This document shows positions 19,465 to 30,025 of a stretch of DNA of 52,892 bases, in pieces (the stretch's first letter is position 1; the number at the start of each line of letters is the position of its first letter). This DNA comes from Alphaproteobacteria bacterium (lineage in GTDB: Bacteria; Pseudomonadota; Alphaproteobacteria; Rickettsiales; SXRF01). The notes under the pieces are model-generated. The model had not been told where the DNA came from and did no database searches. It saw nothing but the letters and a program-made list of their open reading frames with translations. The DNA is taken from the NCBI GenBank assembly GCA_043763155.1, contig JAYULW010000007.1, forward strand, positions 1 to 52,892, written 5' to 3'. Made by a program: the position numbers and the translations under genes.

Positions 19465-19534
19465 CGGCTCTCGCAGGGAAGCCCAAGAATTAAATAATAA
19501 CAAACAAGAAAAACAATTATTTAGAGTAACCACC

Positions 19535-20008
19535 ATGGAAAAATTTCCCATCACCCCCGATGGCTTCACCCGTCTGGAAGCAGAGCTGAAAAACCTGAAA
19601 AGCGTGGACCGGCCCTCCGTCATCGCCGCCATTTCCGAAGCCCGCGCCCATGGTGATTTGTCTGAAAACGCCGAATACAGCGCCGCCAAGGAAAAACAGA
19701 GCTTCATTGAAGGCCGCATTGCCGAGCTGGAAGCCCGCATGTCACGCGCCGACGTGATTGACATCAAGTCGCTGAAAAACGACACCATCAAATTCGGCGC
19801 AACCGTGCGCCTCGCCGACGAAGACAGCGGCGAAGAAAGCACCTACCAGATCGTGGGCGAATACGAAGCCGACATCCGCCAGAACCAGATCTCCATCACC
19901 GCCCCCTTAGCGCGCGCCCTGATCGGCAAAAAGCTGGGCGACAGCGTAGAGGTCAAAACCCCCAAGGGTGGCAAATCCTACGAAGTGCTAAAGATCGAGC
20001 ACAAATAG
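19535..20008 (+). CDS. greA: Transcription elongation factor GreA
   Basis: [10 protein letters not shown] signature, [14 protein letters not shown]. Confidence 0.98.
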   Translation: MEKFPITPDGFTRLEAELKNLKSVDRPSVIAAISEARAHGDLSENAEYSAAKEKQSFIEGRIAELEARMSRADVIDIKSLKNDTIKFGATVRLADEDSGEESTYQIVGEYEADIRQNQISITAPLARALIGKKLGDSVEVKTPKGGKSYEVLKIEHK

Positions 20009-20185
20009 TTACGCAGCCGGAGCCGCAACCGGCGCGGGCGCAGATTCAATATGGTCTTTATTGGCAAACGTCCCTGCAACTAACCCCAGCAGGATCAGGA
20101 TCAGCACGAGCTTAAACACGCCCTTGACCACTTTCAGCACAACGATAAATGCGAGGAACAAAACCCCAAGAATGGCAAATAACAT
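20009..20185 (-). CDS. Small 58-aa membrane protein (not in ORF track)
   Basis: MLFAILGVLFLAFIVVLKVVKGVFKLVLILILLGLVAGTFANKDHIESAPAPVAAPAA; strong GAGGGAG SD; stop abuts the greA stop. Confidence 0.7.
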   Translation of the reverse strand: MLFAILGVLFLAFIVVLKVVKGVFKLVLILILLGLVAGTFANKDHIESAPAPVAAPAA

Positions 20186-20188
20186 AAA

Positions 20189-20257
20189 CTAACTCCCTCA
20201 AAAATTTCACTAAAGACATTTTTTTAGAAGCGTCGTAAAGAACAAACAGGGAGTTAG
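20189..20257 (-). promoter_or_regulatory. 10-bp perfect inverted repeat able to sequester the small ORF's SD
   Basis: CTAACTCCCT (20189-20198) / AGGGAGTTAG (20248-20257), with an inner CTAAA/TTTAG mini-hairpin. Confidence 0.5.
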
Positions 20258-20266
20258 CGTAAAAAC

Positions 20267-21304
20267 CTAAAGGCCGGGTACGTCTTCTAAATAACTATCC
20301 GCCCAGATTTTGCGCTGGCTCACCGCATCCACATTCCCGCCCGAAAGAATGACCAGCACGCGCTTGCGGCCCTTCTGCGTGCGCAGCCACGCCTGCGCCG
20401 CCGCCATCGCCATGGCCGACGTCGGCTCCACAACGGTCTTCAGCAAATGCTGCAACCACTGCGTCCAATAGATAATGTCGCGCTCCTCAACCTCATAAAA
20501 CCCGGCAAGCTCTCGCAAATACGCAAACGTAAGCTCCGAGATATGCAAGGTGCGCGCACCGTCAGCAATCGTCATCGGCGTTTCATCAAACCCGATAATC
20601 CGCCCGCTGCGCACCGATTGCGCCGCATCGTTAGCCATTTTTGGTTCCGCCGCAAATACCTGTGCATGCGGTGCAAAGCCTTGCGCGGCAAGCCACGTGC
20701 CCGAAAGCAACCCGCCCCCGCCGCATGCCGCAAAAATCGCATCCGGCGCAGCACCATCTTCAATCGCCTCAAGGCACGCTGTGCCCTGCCCTGCAATCAC
20801 CATGTCGTCCGCCGATGGGTGTAAAAACGTGGCCCCTGCCGCTGCCATCTGCTCCGCCATCGCTTCGGCCTCCTGGCGAGTGTCGGTCAGGATAAGTTCG
20901 GCTCCGTAACTGATGGAAGCCTGCTGCTTGATGGCCGATACAAAGCGCGGCATGATCACCGTGGTGCGCACACCCAGCAAGCTTCCCGCAAGCGCCACCG
21001 CCTGCGCATGATTGCCCGAACTGAACGCAACGATATGGCTGGGTGTTTTACCCTGCTCCTTGAGCGCCAGCAGCGCATTCAACGCGCCGCGGATTTTGAA
21101 GGCCCCAATCCTCTGGAAACCTTCCACCTTAAAAACGATTTCGTGGCCGAGCCAATGATCCAGCAGCGATGAAGACATCAGCGGCGTACGGCGGATATGC
21201 GGCGCAATGCGCACCCCCGCTTCCTTCACCGCATCGGGTGAAAGCAAGGTAACAGCGGCCTGACGAGGGGCAAGAACGGAAGAAGACACGGGAAATACCT
21301 GCAA
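20267..21304 (-). CDS. PLP-dependent serine/threonine dehydratase family enzyme
   Basis: GAFKIRG (PLP Lys), SSGNHAQA, CGGGGL, TIADG, VEPTSA, LSGGNVD; exact start uncertain. Confidence 0.9.
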   Translation of the reverse strand: MQVFPVSSSVLAPRQAAVTLLSPDAVKEAGVRIAPHIRRTPLMSSSLLDHWLGHEIVFKVEGFQRIGAFKIRGALNALLALKEQGKTPSHIVAFSSGNHAQAVALAGSLLGVRTTVIMPRFVSAIKQQASISYGAELILTDTRQEAEAMAEQMAAAGATFLHPSADDMVIAGQGTACLEAIEDGAAPDAIFAACGGGGLLSGTWLAAQGFAPHAQVFAAEPKMANDAAQSVRSGRIIGFDETPMTIADGARTLHISELTFAYLRELAGFYEVEERDIIYWTQWLQHLLKTVVEPTSAMAMAAAQAWLRTQKGRKRVLVILSGGNVDAVSQRKIWADSYLEDVPGL

Positions 21305-21355
21305 ATAACGAATATACGGAGCATACGCCCCGTTTTGCGGCTGTAAAGCGCCCAG

Positions 21356-22171
21356 TTAATCTTTAGCGGATTTTTTAAAAGGGTAGCAAAACTCTGGCGT
21401 GGGGAACGCGCCCGTACGCACATCCTGCGCGTACTGCGCAACGCTTGCGCGCACCGCCTCGCCCAACTGCCCGTAATGCCTCACAAATCCCGGCACACGC
21501 GCCGTCATCCCCAGCATATCGTCCACCACCAGCACCTGCCCGTCGCACGCGGGCGACGCGCCAATACCAATGGTAGGAATACCGATTTCAGCTGTAATTT
21601 CGCGCGCCAGCGTTTCCTTCACGCCTTCCATCACCACCGAAAATGCCCCCGCTTCGGCCACCGCCAAAGCGTCGCGGCGAATCACGGTTGCTTCATTATC
21701 GTTGCGCCCCTGATAGCGGTAACCGCCCAGCGCGTTGAAATATTGCGGCATCAGCCCCACATGCGCCATCACCGGAATCCCGCGCTCCACAAGGAACCGG
21801 ATCGTCTCAGCCATCTCTGCGCCACCTTCCAGTTTCACAGCGCCACAGCCGGTTTCCGCCATAATGCGCGCCGCCGCGCGGAACGCATCTTCCTTGCTCG
21901 CCTGATAGCTTGCAAACGGCATATCCACCACCACAAACGCAGTTTTAGACGATACCGCTACCGCCTTGCCATGCGCAATCATCATATCCAGCGTCACCGC
22001 CAGCGTGCTGTCCATGCCATACACCACCATGCCCAGCGAATCGCCCACCAGCAGAATATCCACCTCCCCATCCAGCAATTTCGCCATGGTGGAGGTGTAG
22101 CAGGTAAGAACAACCAGCTTTTCAGCGCCTTTGCGCGCGGCAATATCGAGTGTGGTTAAACGCTTGGTCAT
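21356..22171 (-). CDS. panB: 3-methyl-2-oxobutanoate hydroxymethyltransferase
   Basis: [38 protein letters not shown]. Confidence 0.97.
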   Translation of the reverse strand: MTKRLTTLDIAARKGAEKLVVLTCYTSTMAKLLDGEVDILLVGDSLGMVVYGMDSTLAVTLDMMIAHGKAVAVSSKTAFVVVDMPFASYQASKEDAFRAAARIMAETGCGAVKLEGGAEMAETIRFLVERGIPVMAHVGLMPQYFNALGGYRYQGRNDNEATVIRRDALAVAEAGAFSVVMEGVKETLAREITAEIGIPTIGIGASPACDGQVLVVDDMLGMTARVPGFVRHYGQLGEAVRASVAQYAQDVRTGAFPTPEFCYPFKKSAKD

Positions 22172-22186
22172 GAGAGCCTTATGAGG

Positions 22187-23653
22187 TTACGACGCCTGCT
22201 TGATGATCACGCCTTCAATGTCCTTGGCGACGCGCGGCAGGGTGAAGATGATCTTGGTGCCTTTGTCCAGTTCGCTCTCGATATTAAACTTTCCGCCCAT
22301 AATCTCCACAAACTTTTTCGTAAGCGGCAGCCCAAGGCCCGTGCCCTCATATTTGCGCTTCAGCGTATTGTCCACCTGCCCAAACGGCGACATGGCCCGC
22401 GAAATATCCTTGGGCGCAATACCAATGCCTGTGTCCTGCACCTCAAACGTCACCGTGTCTTCACCCAGGTTCTGCCATGCCGTCAGCGACACCTGCCCAC
22501 CCGTAGGCGTAAATTTCACAGCGTTAGACAATAGGTTAAGCAGCACCTGCTTGAATTTCTTCCCATCAATAATCATGATAAAATGATCCTTGGGCAAATT
22601 ATCCACTAGCGCCACCCCACCCGCTTCCGCACGGGGGCTAACAAGGCGCATGCTATTTTGCACCATCTTCGTCGCATCCACTTCAGATACTTCCAGCGCC
22701 AGCTTGCCCGCTTCGGCCTTCGAGAAGTCTAAAATATCGTTGATAAGGCTCAGCAGATGCACACCCGACGTATGGATGTCGCCCACATACTGGTCGTATT
22801 TGCGCTCGGAAAGCGTGGGCAGAAGCTCCGTCTTGATAATCTCTGAAAACCCGATGATAGCGTTCAGCGGCGTGCGCAGCTCATGGCTGATATTGGCAAG
22901 GAACTGGGTCTTATCCGCGTTTTCTGCCTGTGCCGATGCCGCCGTTTTCGCAAGGTCTAAATTCGTCTCATGCTGCTTGGCAATGATCGCCTCGGCCTTG
23001 CGTGAGCTGAACGAAAGAATCAGCAAAAATGACAGGAACACGAAAATCACGATACACGTCGCCAGCACCTGGAACGAAAGCAGCTCGTCATACGTCTTCG
23101 TAATGTCGAACAGGATTTCCACTGTGCCCTCTGCGGGCTTATCCCCCGAATTATCGCCGTTAAACGGCAAAATCGTCTGCACCAGCTTGCCGTTGGGTGT
23201 ATTGTTCATCACGATGTCTTCAAGCACCTGGCTCGACATGGTGACCTTTTTGTTATTCGCCAGCACAAAGCTTTTATCCGGCGTACTCGACGTGCCCACC
23301 AGCTTCGTACTATCATTCACATTGGTCGAAACCAGTAGCTGGCCTTCGGAGTTATAAATATTCACCCGCAACAGCTGCATGCCCTGGAAATACTGTGAGG
23401 TCGCTTGCGCAAAATACGGCACTTGCGGATTGGCGCGCAGTTTTTCCGGGTCTTTCAGAATCGGCAGCAGCTCTGGCCGGTACTTCTTCCACACCGAGTT
23501 CACATAGCCCTGCGCCACACTGTTATGATTTTTCTCCAGCACATTTACGAGGTCTTCCAGCGCCAGCGAACGCAGGAACATGCCCCCCATCACCGAAGTA
23601 CTCACGATGAAGAGCAAACTTATGACCAGGAATATGCGCAGGTAACCGAACAT
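22187..23653 (-). CDS. pleC: Membrane sensor histidine kinase, PleC/DivJ-like
   Basis: Two TMs flanking a periplasmic domain; H-box FLANISHELRTPLNAIIGFSE; N box NLLSNAVKFT, DTGIGI, GTGLGL; the pleC name is inferred from the H-box and size. Confidence 0.7.
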   Translation of the reverse strand: MFGYLRIFLVISLLFIVSTSVMGGMFLRSLALEDLVNVLEKNHNSVAQGYVNSVWKKYRPELLPILKDPEKLRANPQVPYFAQATSQYFQGMQLLRVNIYNSEGQLLVSTNVNDSTKLVGTSSTPDKSFVLANNKKVTMSSQVLEDIVMNNTPNGKLVQTILPFNGDNSGDKPAEGTVEILFDITKTYDELLSFQVLATCIVIFVFLSFLLILSFSSRKAEAIIAKQHETNLDLAKTAASAQAENADKTQFLANISHELRTPLNAIIGFSEIIKTELLPTLSERKYDQYVGDIHTSGVHLLSLINDILDFSKAEAGKLALEVSEVDATKMVQNSMRLVSPRAEAGGVALVDNLPKDHFIMIIDGKKFKQVLLNLLSNAVKFTPTGGQVSLTAWQNLGEDTVTFEVQDTGIGIAPKDISRAMSPFGQVDNTLKRKYEGTGLGLPLTKKFVEIMGGKFNIESELDKGTKIIFTLPRVAKDIEGVIIKQAS

Positions 23654-23807
23654 GGACTTCTAAAATTTTCTGTGTCGAGGCCCGCAAAATCGAGCCCTAC
23701 CCTAGCAAGTGTAGCCCATGCGTATTAAAAATATGTTTAGAACATCCACTTGTAAAAACTGTATTTTTCGTTAAAAAACCTCTTTATACATCCTTAATAA
23801 TTCCCGG

Positions 23808-23836
23808 TTGACACAGAAGTGCCGAGCCTATATAAA
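23808..23836 (+). promoter_or_regulatory. Near-consensus sigma70 promoter of the rpmH operon
   Basis: TTGACA-17bp-TATAAA. Confidence 0.75.
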
Positions 23837-23912
23837 CTTTCTTCCGCTCAGGCCAGCAATGGCTAAAAAGCGACCAACATATTGAAACTTAGATAATTTC
23901 AGGAATCCTCCT

Positions 23913-24047
23913 ATGAAACGGACCTATCAGCCTAGCAAAATCGTTCGCGCCCGCCGCCATGGCTTCCGTGCCCGTATGGCAACCGTAGGTGGCCGCAAAG
24001 TGATCAACAATCGCCGCGCCAAAGGCCGCAAGCGCCTCTCCGCCTAA
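23913..24047 (+). CDS. rpmH: 50S ribosomal protein L34 (not in ORF track)
   Basis: [44 protein letters not shown]. Confidence 0.98.
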   Translation: MKRTYQPSKIVRARRHGFRARMATVGGRKVINNRRAKGRKRLSA

Positions 24048-24093
24048 AGTTTAAGACTGGCCTTACGTCCCGGTCGCAAAACGGGAAAACGAA

Positions 24094-24483
24094 ATGCCCT
24101 TAAACACTATCCAGAAGCGCAAAGACTTCCTGCTGGCCTCAAGCGCCGGCAAACGATTCATCACGAATAGCTTTATTTTGCAGATGATGCCGCGAAATGC
24201 CGCACATCCTGCCCCTCCCGCCCCCCGTTTCGGCTTCACCGTCACCAAAAAGATGGGCAATGCCGTCATCCGCAACCGTATCAAGCGCCGCCTGCGCGAG
24301 GCGGTGCGCGAAAAAGCCATGCCCCTTGCCAAAGCCGGAAACGATTACGTCATCATCTCCCGCCATAAGGCGCTCGATTGTCCTTTTCCCGATCTTTTGC
24401 GCGATATGGAATTTGCATTTTCCCGAATAATCGGTATGAAGAACGATAAATCGAAAATCGCTTCCGAAAAGCCAGCCGCATGA
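24094..24483 (+). CDS. rnpA: Ribonuclease P protein component
   Basis: RFGFTVTKKMGNAVIRNRIKRRLRE (RNR motif); synteny. Confidence 0.97.
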   Translation: MPLNTIQKRKDFLLASSAGKRFITNSFILQMMPRNAAHPAPPAPRFGFTVTKKMGNAVIRNRIKRRLREAVREKAMPLAKAGNDYVIISRHKALDCPFPDLLRDMEFAFSRIIGMKNDKSKIASEKPAA

Positions 24484-24719
24484 ACGTTTTAAGCCAGGCA
24501 GGAATACTGCTTATCCGCGCCTACCAGCTCTGCGTTTCGCCGTGGCTGGGGGCCAATTGCCGCTTCGAACCCACCTGCTCCGCCTACGCCATCGCCAGCC
24601 TGCAAGGCCATGGTTTTTTCAAGGGCATATACCTCACCACGCGCCGTCTTTTGCGTTGCCACCCTTTCGCAAACCCCGGTCACGACCCTGTACCAACCTG
24701 CATAAAATGTAAGTCATAA
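24480..24719 (+). CDS. yidD: Membrane protein insertion efficiency factor YidD
   Basis: CRFEPTCSAYA, RCHPF; synteny between rnpA and yidC. Confidence 0.95.
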   Translation: MNVLSQAGILLIRAYQLCVSPWLGANCRFEPTCSAYAIASLQGHGFFKGIYLTTRRLLRCHPFANPGHDPVPTCIKCKS

Positions 24720-24723
24720 AAAA

Positions 24724-26478
24724 ATGTTGAAGCACGAAGAACCCGACTACCGCCGCATTTTCCTAGCCGTTTTCCTGTCCGCCATTCTTCTCATCGGCTG
24801 GCAGATCAAGGTGGAATGGCCGCGCCGCCAGGCCCTGTCGCAGTTCAACACCGTGCAGGAACATAAAAAAGAGGTCGAAAAAACCAAGCACGCCGAGGCC
24901 CTGCCCAGCACCAAAGACCCCGAAGAAAACCTGAACCTCACCCGCGCTGAGCGCATCGCGGTGTCTCCGCGCCTGAACGTGAAGTCCGACCGCCTCCTCG
25001 GCTCCATCGCCTTAAAAGGCGCGCGTTTCGACGACCTCGCCTTCACCATGTATCACGACACGGTGGAAAAAGACTCCCCCAACGTCACCCTCTTTTCGCC
25101 CAACGGCGACGAGCACGGCTATTTCGCGCAAATCGGCTGGTTAGCCGCCGATAGCAGCGTCAAAATCCCCGACCAGAACACGGTCTGGAAAGCCGATAAA
25201 AAAGAACTCACCCCCGGCGAACCCGTAAACCTCACCTGGAACAACGGCCAGGGCCTCACCTTCACCCTCACCATCAATCTCGATGAACACTACATGTTCA
25301 GCGTAGATCAAAAAGTGGACAACAAATCCGGCCACGCCGTGACCCTGATGCCCTACGCCTACATCAACCGCACTTACGAATCCCCCAAAAAACCTTCCTT
25401 CCTGCATGAAGGCCCCTTAGGCGTGGTCAATGATTCGCTGAACGAAGTGAACTACGAAAAACTGAAAGAAAAAGGCAACGCCGTATTCGACGACGCCAAC
25501 GGCTGGTTCGGTATCACCGACCATTATTGGTTTAGCGCCCTCATCCCCGCACAGGGCCACCACAAAGTCACCTTCGGCCATTACGTGAAAAACGCCCGCG
25601 ACCGCTATCAGGTGGATTACCTCGATGACCCGGTCACCGTTGAAGACAGCACCTCGCTTTCGGGCAATGTACGCCTCTTTGCCGGTGCCAAAGAACTCAC
25701 CTTGCTCGACCAGTACGCCGCCGGCAAAGCCGACAAGGGCGCACCTATTCCGCTGTTCGACCGCGCGCTGGACTTTGGCTCCTTCTACTTCCTCGCCAAG
25801 CCCACATGCATCGTCACCGACCTGCTGTATAAGGCCACGGGCAATTTCGGCATCGCGCTGCTCATCTTCATCATCATCGTAAAATCGCTGATGTTCCCGC
25901 TTGCGAATAAATCGTTCAAAAGCATGGCCCAGATGCGTGCGCTGCAACCCCAGATGATCAAAATCCGCGAAAAATATTTCGACGATCAGCTCGCCCTGCA
26001 CAAAGCCACGCGTGAACTTTACAAGCGCGAAAAAGTGAACCCCGCCGCAGGCTGCCTGCCGGTGCTTATCCAGCTTGTGGTGTTCCTCGCCCTCTTCCGC
26101 GGCCTGAATGTCACCATCGAAATGCGCCACGCAACCTTCCTGTGGCTGCGCGATCTTTCCGCGGCCGATCCTTCAAACCTCTTCACCCTCTTCGGCGCCT
26201 TGCCGTGGAACAACCCCAGCTTCCTGCATCTGGGCCTGCTGCCGATCCTGTATTGCATCACCATGGTCGTGCAAACCAGCCAGCAGCCCAAGCCCGCTGA
26301 TCCCGTGCAAGCCAAGATGATCACCTTCATGCCGTATTTCATGCTGCTGTTTTTCGACACCATGGCGTCGGGCTTTGTGCTGTACTGGACCTTCAGCAAC
26401 TCGCTGTCCATCATCCAGCAGCGTTTCATCAGCAAGAAATACGCACCCAAAACACCGCCCGTACTGGCCAATGGATAA
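24724..26478 (+). CDS. yidC: Membrane protein insertase YidC
   Basis: N-terminal TM, periplasmic domain, GNFGIALL, VNPAAGCLP, WLRDLSAADP, LYWTFSN. Confidence 0.97.
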   Translation: MLKHEEPDYRRIFLAVFLSAILLIGWQIKVEWPRRQALSQFNTVQEHKKEVEKTKHAEALPSTKDPEENLNLTRAERIAVSPRLNVKSDRLLGSIALKGARFDDLAFTMYHDTVEKDSPNVTLFSPNGDEHGYFAQIGWLAADSSVKIPDQNTVWKADKKELTPGEPVNLTWNNGQGLTFTLTINLDEHYMFSVDQKVDNKSGHAVTLMPYAYINRTYESPKKPSFLHEGPLGVVNDSLNEVNYEKLKEKGNAVFDDANGWFGITDHYWFSALIPAQGHHKVTFGHYVKNARDRYQVDYLDDPVTVEDSTSLSGNVRLFAGAKELTLLDQYAAGKADKGAPIPLFDRALDFGSFYFLAKPTCIVTDLLYKATGNFGIALLIFIIIVKSLMFPLANKSFKSMAQMRALQPQMIKIREKYFDDQLALHKATRELYKREKVNPAAGCLPVLIQLVVFLALFRGLNVTIEMRHATFLWLRDLSAADPSNLFTLFGALPWNNPSFLHLGLLPILYCITMVVQTSQQPKPADPVQAKMITFMPYFMLLFFDTMASGFVLYWTFSNSLSIIQQRFISKKYAPKTPPVLANG

Positions 26479-27085
26479 TAACCTACCATTGTTTCGCCAG
26501 CCCTGCCTTTTCGTCGCAGGCGCCGCAAACGAGGAATCGTTGCCCAACGCAGCGCTACCCGAAATCGCGTTCATTGGCCGCTCCAACGTGGGCAAATCCA
26601 GCCTCGTGAATGCGCTGGTGGAAAAGAAAGCGCTCGCCCGCACCTCGCAAAATCCCGGCGCCACCAAGCAGCTGAACTTCTTCAACCTCGGCAACCGCAT
26701 GATGCTGGTAGACATGCCCGGCTACGGCTACGCCAAAGTCAGCAAGCAGCAAAAATCGGAATGGGACCAGCTCATCCGCAATTATTTCCTTGGCCGCACC
26801 ACCCTCCAGCGCGCCTGTGTGCTGATTGATGCCCGCCGCGGAACCCTGCCCCACGACCATGAATTCATGGAGCTTCTGGACGAAACCGCCGTAATTTTCT
26901 ACATCGTCCTCACGAAAATTGACGCGCTCAAGCCCGCCGAGCTAAACCAGATGTTGCAAGAAATGCAGAAAACCATAAAATCCCACGTAGCCGCGCACCC
27001 GACCCTCTTTGCCACCAGCGCCGAGAAGAAAATCGGCATCACCGAGCTGCAAGAAGAACTAACCCCCTTTGCACTGCCAGCATAA
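26471..27085 (+). CDS. engB: Ribosome-biogenesis GTPase YihA/YsxC
   Basis: GRSNVGKSS, DMPGYG, TKID; start at ATG 26471 overlapping the yidC end. Confidence 0.95.
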   Translation: MDNNLPLFRQPCLFVAGAANEESLPNAALPEIAFIGRSNVGKSSLVNALVEKKALARTSQNPGATKQLNFFNLGNRMMLVDMPGYGYAKVSKQQKSEWDQLIRNYFLGRTTLQRACVLIDARRGTLPHDHEFMELLDETAVIFYIVLTKIDALKPAELNQMLQEMQKTIKSHVAAHPTLFATSAEKKIGITELQEELTPFALPA

Positions 27086-27097
27086 CGAGCCAAACAC

Positions 27098-28006
27098 ATG
27101 CAGACCAAAGAAGTAAAAACACCCGACGCCTGGCTTAAAACCGCCGCCACCCTTTCCGAAGCGCTGCCCTACATGCGCGAATTCGCAGGCGAAACATTCG
27201 TCATCAAATACGGCGGCCACGCCATGGGCGAAGCCAGCCTCGCGCGCAAATTCGCCGAAGACATCGTGCTGCTGAAGCAGGTCGGCATCAACCCCATCGT
27301 CGTCCATGGCGGCGGCCCGCAAATCGGCAAAATGCTTGAGCGCCTGAAAATCCAGAGCAGCTTTATTGATGGCCTGCGCGTCACCGACGCCGCAACGGTC
27401 GAAATCGTGGAAATGGTCCTCTCCGGCTCCATCAACAAACAGATCGTGTCTGAAATCAATGCCGCGGGCGGCATTGCGGTGGGCATTTCCGGCAAAGACG
27501 GCAACCTCATCGAAGCCCGCAAGCTTCGCCGCACCATGCGCGACCCCGATTCCAACATCGAAAAAATCCTCGACCTCGGCTTCGTGGGCGAACCGGTTCG
27601 CATCAACCCCACCCTGCTCCAGGAATTCTCCGAGTCCAACATCATCCCCGTCATCGCCCCCATCGGCATCGGCGCCGACGGCGAGACGTACAATATCAAC
27701 GCCGACACCGCCGCAGGCGCGCTTGCAGCGGCCCTTGGCGCTGCCAAGCTCATCATCCTGACCGACGTGGCCGGCGTGCTGAACAAAGACAAAGAACTCA
27801 TCAGCACCCTCACCATCCGCGAATGCAAAAAACTCACCAAGGATGGCGTGATTTCCGGCGGCATGATTCCCAAGATTGAAACCTGCATCCACGCGGTGGA
27901 AAACGACGTCGAAGCCGCCCATATTCTCGATGGCCGCCTGCCCCACGTATTGCTGCTGGAAACCTTCACCAAATACGGTGCAGGCACAATGATTCACCAC
28001 GAATAA
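27098..28006 (+). CDS. argB: Acetylglutamate kinase
   Basis: [36 protein letters not shown]. Confidence 0.97.
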   Translation: MQTKEVKTPDAWLKTAATLSEALPYMREFAGETFVIKYGGHAMGEASLARKFAEDIVLLKQVGINPIVVHGGGPQIGKMLERLKIQSSFIDGLRVTDAATVEIVEMVLSGSINKQIVSEINAAGGIAVGISGKDGNLIEARKLRRTMRDPDSNIEKILDLGFVGEPVRINPTLLQEFSESNIIPVIAPIGIGADGETYNINADTAAGALAAALGAAKLIILTDVAGVLNKDKELISTLTIRECKKLTKDGVISGGMIPKIETCIHAVENDVEAAHILDGRLPHVLLLETFTKYGAGTMIHHE

Positions 28007-29311
28007 TTACTGGCTAAGGCGAATCCCGGTAAACTTCAGGCTGTCTACAATCGTCTGGTACGCCGCGTTCAGCTGCGCCGCATTTGCGGTCGCGAAATAA
28101 TATCCCGAACCCGACGAGCAGGTATTCAGCTGCGCCGCGTTATACGTGCCCGGCAAGCCAAACCCGATCGTATAAATCCGCATCCCTTGCGCCTTTATCG
28201 CCGTGCATAATGCCGCCGTCGTCGTATTGTCGTTCGACACCGCGCACAAGCCCGCGCCGCACGTCTGGTTGCCGCCAAGATACACATTGTTCTTCTGGCC
28301 CGACACCAGGATCACCACCTTGTTGCGCGTACTGCCCGCACCCATCGGCAAGCCCGGCAGCGACGCGTCCCACCGCCCCGTCCAGCTCGTCGAAAGCGTA
28401 AACCACCCCCACATCAGCCCCACATTGGTGCGCGTGCGCCCCGCCATCTGCATCCCTTGCAGCGTGGTAAGTATGGTTCCCTGCACATTGCTGCCGAATA
28501 GCATCTTGGTAAGCGCCGTGTTCACCCCGTCGCCATTATTAAATGTGCCCGGCGCCGCGCCGTACGGCGTGCGGAACTGCGTGGTCACCGCTGCCCCCGG
28601 CGGCGTGTCGCTCACATCATTATACAGCGCATTCTTTGGAATATCCGGGTTACGCCCTGCAAAATACGCATTGCCGCCACCACCCCCGTAAGCAACATAC
28701 TGCGCCTGGTTCTGCGCCCATAGCAGCTTCGCCGCTGGCGACGTTGTTACATTCACCGCAACATCATACGGCAGCACCGACACATACGTGTTGGCAAGCG
28801 TGGCATTCGCGCCAAACAGCGTGTTGATGAACAGCTTTGAAGAACTCACAAGATTGGGAACATCCACACCATTGCTGTTATCCAGCACCATCGCAATTTC
28901 CAGCGTGCTGCTATTTTGCGAATCCAGCACTTTCGACACAATGTTAAGCGTCGTATTCGTAAAGCCGAACATCTGCATCATGCTATTGGGCACCAGCACC
29001 TGCGCCGAACCCGTATAATTGCCCGCCGACCCCGTAACGCTAAAGGCGCTTACCGTCGAACCCATATATTTGTTAGGGTAGTTGGCGTTAAACAGCCGCA
29101 AAGCCTCTGCCTGAACGGCCGTGGTGCTGGCCGTCGAGACCGCCCCCAGCAACCCCGCATCCATCGCCGACTGGGCTTTGGACTGCACAGCGTATAATTT
29201 GCTCAGGTCAATGGTCATCCCCACGATGGTGAGCAACAGCGGGATCATCAGCGCTATCAGCAGCAACGACGCACCCGATTCATCGGAAATAAAACGATTT
29301 TTCAATGCCAT
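28007..29311 (-). CDS. TadG-like pilus accessory protein (Tad N-terminus + vWA-like domain)
   Basis: DESG/ASLLLIALMIP..IDLSKLY..QSAMDAG pilin-like N-terminus; vWA-like IAMVLDNS, C-terminal LCTAIKAQGMRIYTIGF. Confidence 0.85.
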   Translation of the reverse strand: MALKNRFISDESGASLLLIALMIPLLLTIVGMTIDLSKLYAVQSKAQSAMDAGLLGAVSTASTTAVQAEALRLFNANYPNKYMGSTVSAFSVTGSAGNYTGSAQVLVPNSMMQMFGFTNTTLNIVSKVLDSQNSSTLEIAMVLDNSNGVDVPNLVSSSKLFINTLFGANATLANTYVSVLPYDVAVNVTTSPAAKLLWAQNQAQYVAYGGGGGNAYFAGRNPDIPKNALYNDVSDTPPGAAVTTQFRTPYGAAPGTFNNGDGVNTALTKMLFGSNVQGTILTTLQGMQMAGRTRTNVGLMWGWFTLSTSWTGRWDASLPGLPMGAGSTRNKVVILVSGQKNNVYLGGNQTCGAGLCAVSNDNTTTAALCTAIKAQGMRIYTIGFGLPGTYNAAQLNTCSSGSGYYFATANAAQLNAAYQTIVDSLKFTGIRLSQ

Positions 29312-29467
29312 GCCATCATTTATGCAGGATTCACCATCTTCTGATAATAGCCCTACTTGGTGAATTTCACGTTAATCACCCCCCTAAAACCCTAAAAATA
29401 TTACTTTTTCTTAAACTTTACCCCCTAAGATAGAAAGGTGATGTTGTAAAAGGACACGAACCCCGCC

Positions 29468-30025
29468 ATGCGCAAATTTCTGAAACAAACCGAAGGTGCG
29501 ACGATTATCGAATTCGCGGTGATTGCCCCGGTGCTGTTTTTGATGCTCATGGGCATCCTCGAAATGGGCCTCATCCTGTTCACCACCTCCGCCATGGAAG
29601 GCGCAACCAATGTCGGCTCCCGTATCGGCAAAACCGGGTTCACCACCGGCGGCCTAAGCCGCGAAAACTATATCCGCGCCCAAATCCAGAAACTCACCGG
29701 CGGCTTCCTGAATCCCGCCCTGCTCGACATTTCCATTCTTTCCTACAGCAGCTTTTCAAATGTGGGCAAACCCGAACCCTGCATCGCTCCCCCTGTTGCC
29801 CCCTGCCCCGGCGTTGCCGGCGTCAACTTCGTAGACGTAAATGGCAACGGAACATGGGATCAGGACCAGGGCGCCGCAAGCGCTGGCGGCTCCGGCTCCA
29901 TCGTGCTGTACCGCGTCACCTACCCGTGGCATTTATTCACCCCCGTCATGGCCAGCTTGCTTGGCACGGGCGGCGTATACACCATCACCGCCGTATCCGC
30001 GGTCAGGAATGAGCAACAGCAATGA
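29468..30025 (+). CDS. TadE/TadF-family pseudopilin
   Basis: EG/ATIIEFAVIAP prepilin G-x4-EF motif, one TM, DVNGNGTWD Ca-binding-like loop, VRNE C-terminus. Confidence 0.88.
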   Translation: MRKFLKQTEGATIIEFAVIAPVLFLMLMGILEMGLILFTTSAMEGATNVGSRIGKTGFTTGGLSRENYIRAQIQKLTGGFLNPALLDISILSYSSFSNVGKPEPCIAPPVAPCPGVAGVNFVDVNGNGTWDQDQGAASAGGSGSIVLYRVTYPWHLFTPVMASLLGTGGVYTITAVSAVRNEQQQ

